The notes: a model not told the origin generated them from the letters alone. Shown: positions 37,036 to 44,136, counted from the stretch's first letter. The stretch is DNA of 64,000 nucleotides from a virus (IMGVR_UViG_3300022911_000003:4814-68813); one strand, 5' to 3'. Program-made: numbers and translations.

Positions 37036-37317
37036 ATGGCGTTTGTGTCGAACCGCTATCTGAACTTGGCGAAGATCGCGCCGGGCGAGCCTGGGTTTTC
37101 TCTGGACCACGGCGCCTTGGTCGAACTAGGGGATGGACGCAGGGCTAAGATCATGCCGGCTCTACGGACCGGCATGCGCTACGCAATCACTGAGACAGCA
37201 CCACCGAGTCGGATTTGTTTATGGGACGATGGCAGTTGTGTTGATGGCTATAGCAGTCTGAACGTGGCGTTCCTGCTTGCGTCGACACTTGCCCTAAAGG
37301 AAGACCGAAATGATTGA
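37036..37317 (+). CDS. Hypothetical protein
   Basis: GGAGGA RBS. Confidence 0.6.
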   Translation: MAFVSNRYLNLAKIAPGEPGFSLDHGALVELGDGRRAKIMPALRTGMRYAITETAPPSRICLWDDGSCVDGYSSLNVAFLLASTLALKEDRND

Positions 37318-37609
37318 ACCCTGGATACCCGGTGCTGACGAGTGGAGCATTCCTGAGCCGGCCGGGACGGTTGTGGATCTGTTGTTGGACGATGGCGATG
37401 TGATCCTTGGGGTGGTGCTGGGTGCTGCGAATAAGTTGGTCACGACTCAGTCCGGCCGCCTTTTGATGTTCGCCGACGGTCCCGATGACCGCCGCCCTTT
37501 TTGGACCGACGTCGTGGCGTACCGCAAGTCCCGGCCCGATGCTCGCGAGGCCCGGATTGCTCAGTTCCGCGAGTTGTTGAAAACCGAGCCCGAGAAGGAG
37601 ATGGCATGA
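37310..37609 (+). CDS. Hypothetical protein
   Basis: Overlap-coupled. Confidence 0.6.
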   Translation: MIEPWIPGADEWSIPEPAGTVVDLLLDDGDVILGVVLGAANKLVTTQSGRLLMFADGPDDRRPFWTDVVAYRKSRPDAREARIAQFRELLKTEPEKEMA

Positions 37610-37932
37610 CCCTGACGACAAAACCCAACAGGTCGACCGTCACAGTAAACCGGATCGCCAAGACATCGTCGGCGCCAGTCCTTGCGGGCACGCCCCATCC
37701 CGTCCTGATCGTGGTTCCGGCCGGGGCTTACGCGATTCAGAAGTTGTTCGATCCGAAAGTCCTGCTGTGCCGGCGCATGGGCGACACCTATGGCCTGCGG
37801 GTCAGGGCCATCATCGTGATCGAGTCTGCGTTTCGGGGCACGAACAAGACCCCGCCCGATCTGTGGCAAAAAGAAATTGCCAAACTCAAAATGAGATTGG
37901 TCAATCCGGCTGATCCCATCATCTTCATCTGA
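37606..37932 (+). CDS. Hypothetical protein
   Basis: ATGA overlap; AAGGAG RBS. Confidence 0.55.
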   Translation: MTLTTKPNRSTVTVNRIAKTSSAPVLAGTPHPVLIVVPAGAYAIQKLFDPKVLLCRRMGDTYGLRVRAIIVIESAFRGTNKTPPDLWQKEIAKLKMRLVNPADPIIFI

Positions 37933-37943
37933 AAGGAAATCCT

Positions 37944-38231
37944 ATGCCACCCCGCTACATCAACATCCTGGACCACGAGATCGACCTGGAGCGGGTCAGT
38001 TACGTCGGGCCAGTGGTCGAAATCACCAACATGCCAGCCATGGCCTACTTCAACGTCATCATCGACGGCGCCTGTCCGGTCATAAATCCGGAAGAAGGAC
38101 TCGCCCAGGCCCGCGAAGCCCTGCTGACGGCGTGGCGCGAGTACCGCAGTCAACCCGTCGAAAAGCCTGCCTCGGTTCCGGCGTCGGCCAAACCTGCCTT
38201 CAAGGCCATGAGCAAAAAGGAAAAACCATGA
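37944..38231 (+). CDS. Hypothetical protein
   Basis: AAAGGA RBS. Confidence 0.6.
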   Translation: MPPRYINILDHEIDLERVSYVGPVVEITNMPAMAYFNVIIDGACPVINPEEGLAQAREALLTAWREYRSQPVEKPASVPASAKPAFKAMSKKEKP

Positions 38232-39007
38232 CACCTGAAAAGCCCATCCAGTTCAACCCGGCCATGGTCACCGCCTTGATGCGTGACACCGATCCGAAGA
38301 CGCAGACGCGGCGATGCGTAGGTCTCGATTCCGTCAATGCATCCCCGGATATTTGGCATAAGCCGGAATGGGACGAACGCCGCCGCGGCTTCATGTTTTG
38401 GTTCATTGGTGATCAAACCCATGCCGAGTTCGTCAAGTCACCCTTTGTTGTCGGAGGGCGCGCGTGGGTCCGAGAAGCCTATTACCAGCGCGGCCATTGG
38501 GAGACGCATCACCACCTGTTGACCAAGGGCGGCATGATGAAATGGCACTTTCTACCCGATGAGGAATTTGTCCTTTTCGATCCGCCTGGAAGCCAGGATA
38601 TTCGCCTCGCCCGGAACCGTAAGGACCCGTCGACCACGGCATGGCACAAGCGCCTCGCCCGCTTCATGCCGCGCCGGTACAGCCGGACCATGCTGGAAAT
38701 CACTGATGTCCGCATCGAGCGCCTGCAGAACATCAGCGAAGCCGACGCCAAGGCCGAAGGTGTCGAACCCCTTGATTTCGAACGCGATGAGCGGGACGAA
38801 ACCGTATGCCCGACCTGCGGAGGAACACGCCTACATGGTGCCTTGGGACATAACCTGGGTGTCATGGAAGTGGATTGCGTCGATTGCGACACCCACAAAA
38901 AGCGATATCGTCACCTCTGGGACAGCATCAACGGTGCCGACCCGGCCAAGTGCTGGGCCGCGAATCCCTGGGTCTGGGCAATTTCATTCAAAAGGATCGA
39001 ACAATGA
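38228..39007 (+). CDS. ASCH/PUA-like phage protein with zinc-finger insertion
   Basis: KPIQFNPAMV...KTQTRR...WVREA...FMPRRYSR...VRIERLQNISEADAKAEG...NPWVWAISF; CPTC and CVDC insertion. Confidence 0.7.
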   Translation: MTPEKPIQFNPAMVTALMRDTDPKTQTRRCVGLDSVNASPDIWHKPEWDERRRGFMFWFIGDQTHAEFVKSPFVVGGRAWVREAYYQRGHWETHHHLLTKGGMMKWHFLPDEEFVLFDPPGSQDIRLARNRKDPSTTAWHKRLARFMPRRYSRTMLEITDVRIERLQNISEADAKAEGVEPLDFERDERDETVCPTCGGTRLHGALGHNLGVMEVDCVDCDTHKKRYRHLWDSINGADPAKCWAANPWVWAISFKRIEQ

Positions 39008-39348
39008 ACCATCTCCCCGAAATCCTGTTCGCAGGCGCTATAATTGTCGTCGCGATTGGTTGTGTCGTAGCCCTTGATCGTCGAAACCGAACGACCCTTC
39101 AGTCCGGTGGCCCTAAAGAGACCGAAGACGGATACCCCGTCAAGGATCAGGCTTGGACAGAAACAGATGCCGAGTCGGCCGATGTGCACATCGAAACCCT
39201 GTCGCTGTTCCAACTATCCAGCAGGCGCGATGCTCTCATTGCCAGGCGAGAGTTGGCCCGGCAGCGTAAGCGGGCTCACCGCAAGTTTGACGCCGATATA
39301 GAAGCCGTTGAGGCCCGAATGAAAGCGTTCGGTTGGGTCAAGTCGTAA
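39004..39348 (+). CDS. Membrane-anchored hypothetical protein
   Basis: N-terminal TM helix; ATGA overlap. Confidence 0.6.
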   Translation: MNHLPEILFAGAIIVVAIGCVVALDRRNRTTLQSGGPKETEDGYPVKDQAWTETDAESADVHIETLSLFQLSSRRDALIARRELARQRKRAHRKFDADIEAVEARMKAFGWVKS

Positions 39349-39560
39349 TGGGACGGGTACTGCACTTCAAAAAGCCGGAACCTGTTGTAGAGCCGCTTGC
39401 CGAGGTCATGGTCGTGATCAGCGTTACGGCTCGGGTCAAGGCCCGGCACGAAGACGTTATGAAAACGGCTCAGGCCATCGTGCTCGAAATCTGCGAAGAC
39501 GCGCACCTCTTGGGATGGACCTCGATCGAAGGCGAAGTCATCACCGACGGCTCTACATGA
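39348..39560 (+). CDS. Hypothetical protein
   Basis: TAATG overlap. Confidence 0.55.
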   Translation: MGRVLHFKKPEPVVEPLAEVMVVISVTARVKARHEDVMKTAQAIVLEICEDAHLLGWTSIEGEVITDGST

Positions 39561-39814
39561 GCCGGCCGACAGGAAAACCGGAATATAGGCTCGTCCTGGA
39601 AGCGGTACGGGACGAGATTCGCCACTTCGGCGCCACGGCAGAACTCGTGGTCGAGATGCCGCACCCCAAGATCGTTGTCACGCTTCAGGGCCTGACGCGG
39701 AAAATGGCTTTCGCCGGCAGTCCGAGGCGGGGTCAAGAAGACCAACTCCGTGCCATAAGACGTCAGGCCCGGCAGAAAATCGACGAAATGTGGATAGAGA
39801 TTACAGCGCTATGA
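39557..39814 (+). CDS. Small basic protein, possibly HicA-like fold
   Basis: PHPKIVV...FAGSP pattern; ATGA overlap. Confidence 0.4.
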   Translation: MSRPTGKPEYRLVLEAVRDEIRHFGATAELVVEMPHPKIVVTLQGLTRKMAFAGSPRRGQEDQLRAIRRQARQKIDEMWIEITAL

Positions 39815-39850
39815 TGCCTTGACCCGACCGCGTTGTGGCGCAATACCTAT

Positions 39851-39933
39851 CCCGTGTCGCGCTACCCTTCCCCCCAGGTCGAGGCACGACACATCGGGCC
39901 GCTGGTTCTCCGGATCAGCGGTCCTTTTCTTTT
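39851..39933 (+). ncRNA. Candidate small RNA with C-rich loop and its own terminator
   Basis: TTGACC-16-CAATAC upstream (39819); stem TGTCG/CGACA with loop CTTCCCCCCA; terminator GGGCCGCTGGT/ATCAGCGGTCC plus T-tract. Confidence 0.45.
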
Positions 39934-40098
39934 GCCATCCCCTGTGGATTGGGGGTAGGATTGAGACTGTGCGAAGCGGATACAGGAGTCCGTCGCAATG
40001 ACCTGCTGAATGCCTCTTTTTGTGCGTCCTTTGGATCGACACGGATTTGGGGCAACTGAAGACAGCGACCGCACACTCCCCATCTAGGGGATAGGAGA

Positions 40099-40333
40099 TT
40101 GCCTTCGGGCTATGATACCTGGCCGATCCGCAAGGGTCATAAATCCGTGACAGTTCCGCAAGGGGTCAGCGCGGTATAGAGAAGCGCCGATGGACAGCGC
40201 TCTGCCCCCGTCGAAAGGCGGGGGAGCAAGTTTTGCCTTCGGGCTAGTGAGGTTTGACCCAACGCATATGCGACAGGCCAGCACCTGTTTCTCTGCTGGG
40301 AGAGAAGGGTCAAGCATTTTTGCCTTCGGGCTA
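40099..40333 (+). repeat. Three exact copies of TTGCCTTCGGGCTA (40099, 40233, 40320)
   Basis: Read directly from the sequence; each forms a GCC-UUCG-GGC hairpin. Confidence 0.95.
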
Positions 40334-40338
40334 TGAGA

Positions 40339-40436
40339 TTGAGCGGCGGCGTTGACGGAAACGCGGCAAAACTAGATGCGTGGGCTACCCGGCGAGTGCT
40401 AGGTCCACTAGCCGGTATCCAATCCGGCCCGCTCAA
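40339..40436 (+). ncRNA. tRNA-like element with expanded anticodon region
   Basis: TTGAGCGG/CCGCTCAA acceptor stem, GCGT/ACGC D-arm, GCCGG-TATCCAAT-CCGGC T-arm. Confidence 0.6.
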
Positions 40437-40460
40437 TACCTCCCCGCTCTGTCGGGAATG

Positions 40461-40524
40461 AAGTGGATCGACTAGCGGTAAGTCACCCGTATAGGGCTTC
40501 GTAGGTTCAAATCCTGCTCCACTC
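40461..40524 (+). ncRNA. tRNA-like element with truncated anticodon arm
   Basis: AGTGGA/TCCACT stem, GACT-AGCGGTA-AGTC D-arm, CCC-GTATA-GGG mini arm, GTAGG-TTCAAAT-CCTGC T-arm; no encoded CCA. Confidence 0.7.
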
Positions 40525-40530
40525 GTGAAT

Positions 40531-40566
40531 CGCCAGGGGCTTCGGTCTCTGGCGGTTTTCTTTTTA
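40531..40566 (+). terminator. Intrinsic terminator closing the RNA locus
   Basis: CGCCAGGGGC-TTCG-GTCTCTGGCG followed by GTTTTCTTTTT. Confidence 0.85.
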
Positions 40567-40607
40567 TTGGTCCATGATGTGCGTCTGGCCGGGGAAGGAT
40601 CAGCATC

Positions 40608-40913
40608 ATGCACTACACCATGAGTCCAATTGTCGCCGTGGTCGTCGCGTTCTCTTACGTGATCTTCACGGTCCTGACCGTGTTGCATATCCGGGTCATT
40701 AAGCAAGACCGGGAATCCAGACTTATCTCTGCGGCCCTGATTGTAAAATGCAGTGCCTTGGCTTTTCTGTTTATGTCGTGGCTTATTCCGGACCATCCCT
40801 GGGTCAGCAGCATGAAAAATGTGCTCGGCTCCGTTGCTGCGGCCAGCCTGATCCTTCTTATCATGCTCAATTACCCAAAAATGGTCGCCGACCTGCTCGC
40901 AAAGAGGGGTTGA
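40608..40913 (+). CDS. 3-TM membrane protein
   Basis: GAAGGA RBS; three hydrophobic helices. Confidence 0.65.
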   Translation: MHYTMSPIVAVVVAFSYVIFTVLTVLHIRVIKQDRESRLISAALIVKCSALAFLFMSWLIPDHPWVSSMKNVLGSVAAASLILLIMLNYPKMVADLLAKRG

Positions 40914-40917
40914 GCCT

Positions 40918-41124
40918 GTGACGCATGACCTATCGTCTCAACTCACCGGGCCTCTGGGTGGGGCGCTGGCATTGGCCTTCGGTGCCGGATGTACCGCGGG
41001 TTGGGGCTTTGCCCACGTCTTCATAATCGCCGAAGCCAAAAAACGAATCAGCAAACTTGAAAGCCAGGTCGAGAGTCTTCAGGGCGAGGTAAAAAATATC
41101 CTGCGCGATCAGATCCGGCGCTGA
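40918..41124 (+). CDS. Small membrane protein with coiled coil
   Basis: GAGGGG RBS; TM segment then heptad repeat. Confidence 0.6.
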   Translation: MTHDLSSQLTGPLGGALALAFGAGCTAGWGFAHVFIIAEAKKRISKLESQVESLQGEVKNILRDQIRR

Positions 41125-41191
41125 AAATCAACGTCTGTACGCCGCGTCAAAATAGCCGTATCGTCCCGGCATCAATTTTGGGAGACGGGTC

Positions 41192-41458
41192 ATGGGTAAA
41201 GCATACGGAAGGCAGAGCGCGGAAATCCTGACTGGTTCTGCGGGCTGTATCGTCGAAACCGGCACGACGGCTGTCACCGGAAACTTTTACGCCATTCAGG
41301 TCATGAACGACGCGACGTTCTCGCTGCTTACCGATACCACGGCGACTGGCGATGCCATGACAGGATTCGCGATCCCGGCCGGCATGACGATCTACGGCAA
41401 CTTTACAGCCTTCACCCTAACCTCGGGCAAGGTCCGGGCCTACACCAAGGCGACCTAG
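41192..41458 (+). CDS. Head spike base-like virion protein
   Basis: 88 aa beta-rich protein directly before a gene starting MLGLGVG, as in the RcGTA spike base/fibre pair. Confidence 0.5.
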   Translation: MGKAYGRQSAEILTGSAGCIVETGTTAVTGNFYAIQVMNDATFSLLTDTTATGDAMTGFAIPAGMTIYGNFTAFTLTSGKVRAYTKAT

Positions 41459-41460
41459 TA

Positions 41461-42252
41461 ATGCTGGGTCTTGGCGTAGGAATGCAGTCCGATCGAGGTC
41501 TGTCGTCGCCGTACCATACCGGCGCCAGGGCATATTTCCTTGCCATGACGACTCAACCCGACGCGGCGCGCAAGGCTCTGATCGACACGCTGTTCAAAGG
41601 GTTGGAATCGGACGGAACGCTGCCCCTGCTCGACTGGCTCTGCCTTCTCGCATCGCACGACTCGCAGTCCGGCCTGCTGAACGCGAAACAACCCAGCAAA
41701 ACCGGAACTCTCGTCGGGACCGTCACATTTACGGCGGACAAGGGCTTCAAGGGCGACGGATCGACGGGCTACATCCTGCTTGAAAATGCGCAGGCCGCGG
41801 GCAATCAGTCCAGCACAAACAGCGCATCCCAAGGCGTGTATTGCAACCTGTCGGTCGGCACTGGTTTTGTGGGACACATGGGTAAGCTCGCCAGTTCGGC
41901 CGGGAATATTCTTGCCCGGGCCACGGCCGGCGCCGAAACGTTCAGGCTCAACGACTCGGCCTCGGACCAGTCCCAACTCAATACCGGATCGCACCTTGGC
42001 CACCGCTACAGCGTCAGGCCAAGCGCGGCGGTCAAGCGTGCATTTTTCAACGGGGCTCGGGTTGCAGACCTGACTACGGCCTCGACCAGCGCTTCGAACT
42101 CGCCCATGGTTCTGCTTCAGGCCGCTGGTGGCTCGTTCTCAAGCGACCAACTCGGCGCGGCTTGGTCCGGTGGCGGCATGACCGATACCCAGGCCAATGC
42201 GGTCCATACCCGGCTCGACACCTATTTGCGGGCCATCGGCGCGGGATATTGA
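41461..42252 (+). CDS. Head spike fibre with lectin/LamG-like domain
   Basis: N-terminal MLGLGVGM resembles the GLGLGL anchor of the RcGTA head fibre; ConA-like C-terminal region. Confidence 0.55.
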   Translation: MLGLGVGMQSDRGLSSPYHTGARAYFLAMTTQPDAARKALIDTLFKGLESDGTLPLLDWLCLLASHDSQSGLLNAKQPSKTGTLVGTVTFTADKGFKGDGSTGYILLENAQAAGNQSSTNSASQGVYCNLSVGTGFVGHMGKLASSAGNILARATAGAETFRLNDSASDQSQLNTGSHLGHRYSVRPSAAVKRAFFNGARVADLTTASTSASNSPMVLLQAAGGSFSSDQLGAAWSGGGMTDTQANAVHTRLDTYLRAIGAGY

Positions 42253-42308
42253 TTCGCATCGCAACCTTATGCCGCCTGTCCCATTTTCAGGCGCATTTGG
42301 AGGCCACC

Positions 42309-42479
42309 ATGACTGTCGCAATCCTTATCTTCGCCCTCGTCGTCCTGCTTATCGTCGGAACTGTGATCTGGGCTATTCAGACCTACTTGCCGATCGAGGC
42401 CACGTTCAAGAACCTGATCTCGTTCGTCCTGGTCATCATCGGCGTCGTGCTCGTGGCTCAGAGGGCAGGGGTGTTTTGA
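42309..42479 (+). CDS. Small 2-TM membrane protein
   Basis: GGAGG RBS; 56 aa, hydrophobic. Confidence 0.65.
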   Translation: MTVAILIFALVVLLIVGTVIWAIQTYLPIEATFKNLISFVLVIIGVVLVAQRAGVF

Positions 42480-43129
42480 CGCTTCTCCGGCGCGAACATG
42501 TCTGGTTGCCGCCGATGGTTGTCCAGCAATGGCAGGGTTTTGGCGTATTTTGTAGCGCTTGTCCCGTCGATTGAATTAGCATTGGCCGCCGCCGCCATCT
42601 TGATTCTCCGGCCAGTATTGACCCGGCCTATGTGCAGATAGCATCCCACTGCGGCACAGAAATTGCCCCAGACCTGCATCTTCTCAATCTTGTATTCTGT
42701 CGAACCACCAAGAAAAATCCCGACGTCAGGCCTAACTAGGTGCCGAACGTCGTCAGGTGTCATGCCGTCCTGAACGGCGATCAGGAGCAACGGTGCCCTT
42801 CCCCTTAGTCGCGGCAACCATTCGGCCAGCAGTCGCATGGTGTCGTCTCGATCGCCGACTGTATCTGGAATGACGACAAAATCGCAGTCGGCACCAAGTT
42901 GGTCGACCATCTGCTCAAAGCGCCTCTCCCGTTCGGCATCAAAGGGATAGCTTTTCCCCAAGCCATCACGAAGACCTTCCTGAAAATCTGTCCACCGGCC
43001 GTTATCCAGGCAATACGAGAAGCCGTAGGTATTCCAGGCTCCTGTCCGAGAAACAAGAAGTCGCCAACCAGCGCTTTTCAACGCGGCCAAATTTCGTTTC
43101 GTTCCGGTGACTGAGGCGTAGGGAATCAC
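42458..43129 (-). CDS. TGT/DpdA-like base-exchange (transglycosylase-fold) protein
   Basis: LDNG, IPDTVGD, AVQDG, FLGG, HIGRVNT and SIDGTS fall in the order of TGT-fold motifs. Confidence 0.6.
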   Translation of the reverse strand: MIPYASVTGTKRNLAALKSAGWRLLVSRTGAWNTYGFSYCLDNGRWTDFQEGLRDGLGKSYPFDAERERRFEQMVDQLGADCDFVVIPDTVGDRDDTMRLLAEWLPRLRGRAPLLLIAVQDGMTPDDVRHLVRPDVGIFLGGSTEYKIEKMQVWGNFCAAVGCYLHIGRVNTGRRIKMAAAANANSIDGTSATKYAKTLPLLDNHRRQPDMFAPEKRQNTPAL

Positions 43130-43368
43130 TCCCGTATCGTCTCGATCTCAACGCCATGATGGAACGCTTTCAAGACCTGACGAGTGCCGGGAAATCTGGC
43201 CCACAACCGATCAGCCAACTTCTCGTGAAAATCGACACCGCCAGATTCGGTCGCTTTCAAAATATCTTCAACCATAATAACTAAGTTGGTGGTCATTTCG
43301 AGAAGGTATGTCACCTCGATCCCATTGCTTGGGCAAGTTCTGGAAAATGTTCTGCGATATGTGTTCAT
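43126..43368 (-). CDS. Minimal QueF-like T-fold protein (80 aa)
   Basis: F..TCP, VE and FHE motifs; GTGA overlap with the TGT-like gene. Confidence 0.5.
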   Translation of the reverse strand: MNTYRRTFSRTCPSNGIEVTYLLEMTTNLVIMVEDILKATESGGVDFHEKLADRLWARFPGTRQVLKAFHHGVEIETIRE

Positions 43369-43412
43369 GGTGGTCGTGCTCGCGCGCTCGGGTTGATCAG
43401 TCACAGTAAGCC

Positions 43413-43672
43413 ATCCGGTACTCCCCTCCCACCAAATCGGCCGTCTCGGCCTTACGGGAGTTTTACCGGATCTTAGGGAGCCTAGCGCTTGAAACCACTG
43501 TATAGCTGAACTGACTTTTTTACGGTGGCCCACACCGGCGACGGGGTTCGTGTGTTCAGTTTTTCCGTAGGCCGCTATTGAGGCTTTTCGGGAAGGTCGG
43601 ATGCCCCGCATTTTATTGCGGTTGAGTGCCCTCAGTGATCGGCCCCTTCATCCGGGGGACAACGGTGGGCAC
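43413..43672. ncRNA. Structured intergenic RNA / leader upstream of the TGT-like operon
   Basis: Stems ATCCGGTA/TACCGGAT, CTCCC/GGGAG, GGCCG/CGGCC, CTGAAC/GTTCAG, CCGCA/TGCGG and GTGCCC/GGGCAC. Confidence 0.4.
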
Positions 43673-43694
43673 CTACATCTAAAACTTGGGGTTC

Positions 43695-43723
43695 TTGATT
43701 TTGACATAAGCAAAATCTATAGT
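43695..43723 (+). promoter_or_regulatory. Strong sigma70-type (late) promoter with inverted repeat in the spacer
   Basis: TTGATT-17-TATAGT; GATTTTG-N7-CAAAATC palindrome at 43697-43717. Confidence 0.65.
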
Positions 43724-43770
43724 AACCAAGGAAAGCGTCGGACTGGTGCGAACAGACGATAGCTTTATGG

Positions 43771-43809
43771 GCCGGTCGGGGGATTGAAACCCGGCCGGCT
43801 CTTCGTCTT
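43771..43809 (+). terminator. Leader terminator downstream of the late promoter
   Basis: GCCGGTCGGG/CCCGGCCGGC hairpin followed by TCTTCGTCTT. Confidence 0.45.
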
Positions 43810-43878
43810 GATGCTCCAAAATCTCGCCCCTCGTCAAGCCCCTTGATCGTCGGCCGATTCGCGGCGCATATTTTCCCC

Positions 43879-44136
43879 ATGTCCGATAAGCAGAAAAAAT
43901 TTGTGAGGTGCGTCGATGTGCTGGACCGCAACCAGTACTACGACCAATGCACCAAGGAACCGACGGGACTGATTCATGACCCCGTTGTTCCGGGCCTGAC
44001 GTTGGGCCGTATCTATCTCGTGACGAGCGAGGCGCCTGACTATTTCCGAATCACCAATGACCTTGGCGAGAAGGACTCGGGCTATTTCAAGCACCGCTTC
44101 GAGGTCATGCGGGTCAATCCAGAGGTCGTGTCGTGA
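43879..44136 (+). CDS. Hypothetical protein
   Basis: GTGA overlap with terL. Confidence 0.55.
   Translation: MSDKQKKFVRCVDVLDRNQYYDQCTKEPTGLIHDPVVPGLTLGRIYLVTSEAPDYFRITNDLGEKDSGYFKHRFEVMRVNPEVVS

Larger units (their letters stand above)
39935..40530 (+). ncRNA. Large structured non-coding RNA locus / RNA array
   Basis: No credible ORF; dense GNRA and UUCG hairpins; multiway junctions; two tRNA-like domains; ends at a terminator. Confidence 0.7.

Noticed and set aside
40099-40333. Repeat-spacer-repeat pattern as a CRISPR array
   Set aside because: Repeats are only 14 nt, the spacers are unequal (120 and 73 nt) and themselves highly structured, and there are no cas genes.
40339-40524. Canonical tRNA genes
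   Set aside because: Neither element has a 5-bp/7-nt anticodon arm or CCA, so no amino acid can be assigned; reported as tRNA-like instead.
43369-43611. N-terminal 81-aa extension of the T-fold ORF in the ORF track
   Set aside because: The sequence is not protein-like and overlaps strong RNA stems; the domain begins at MNTY (43368). Not fully excluded.
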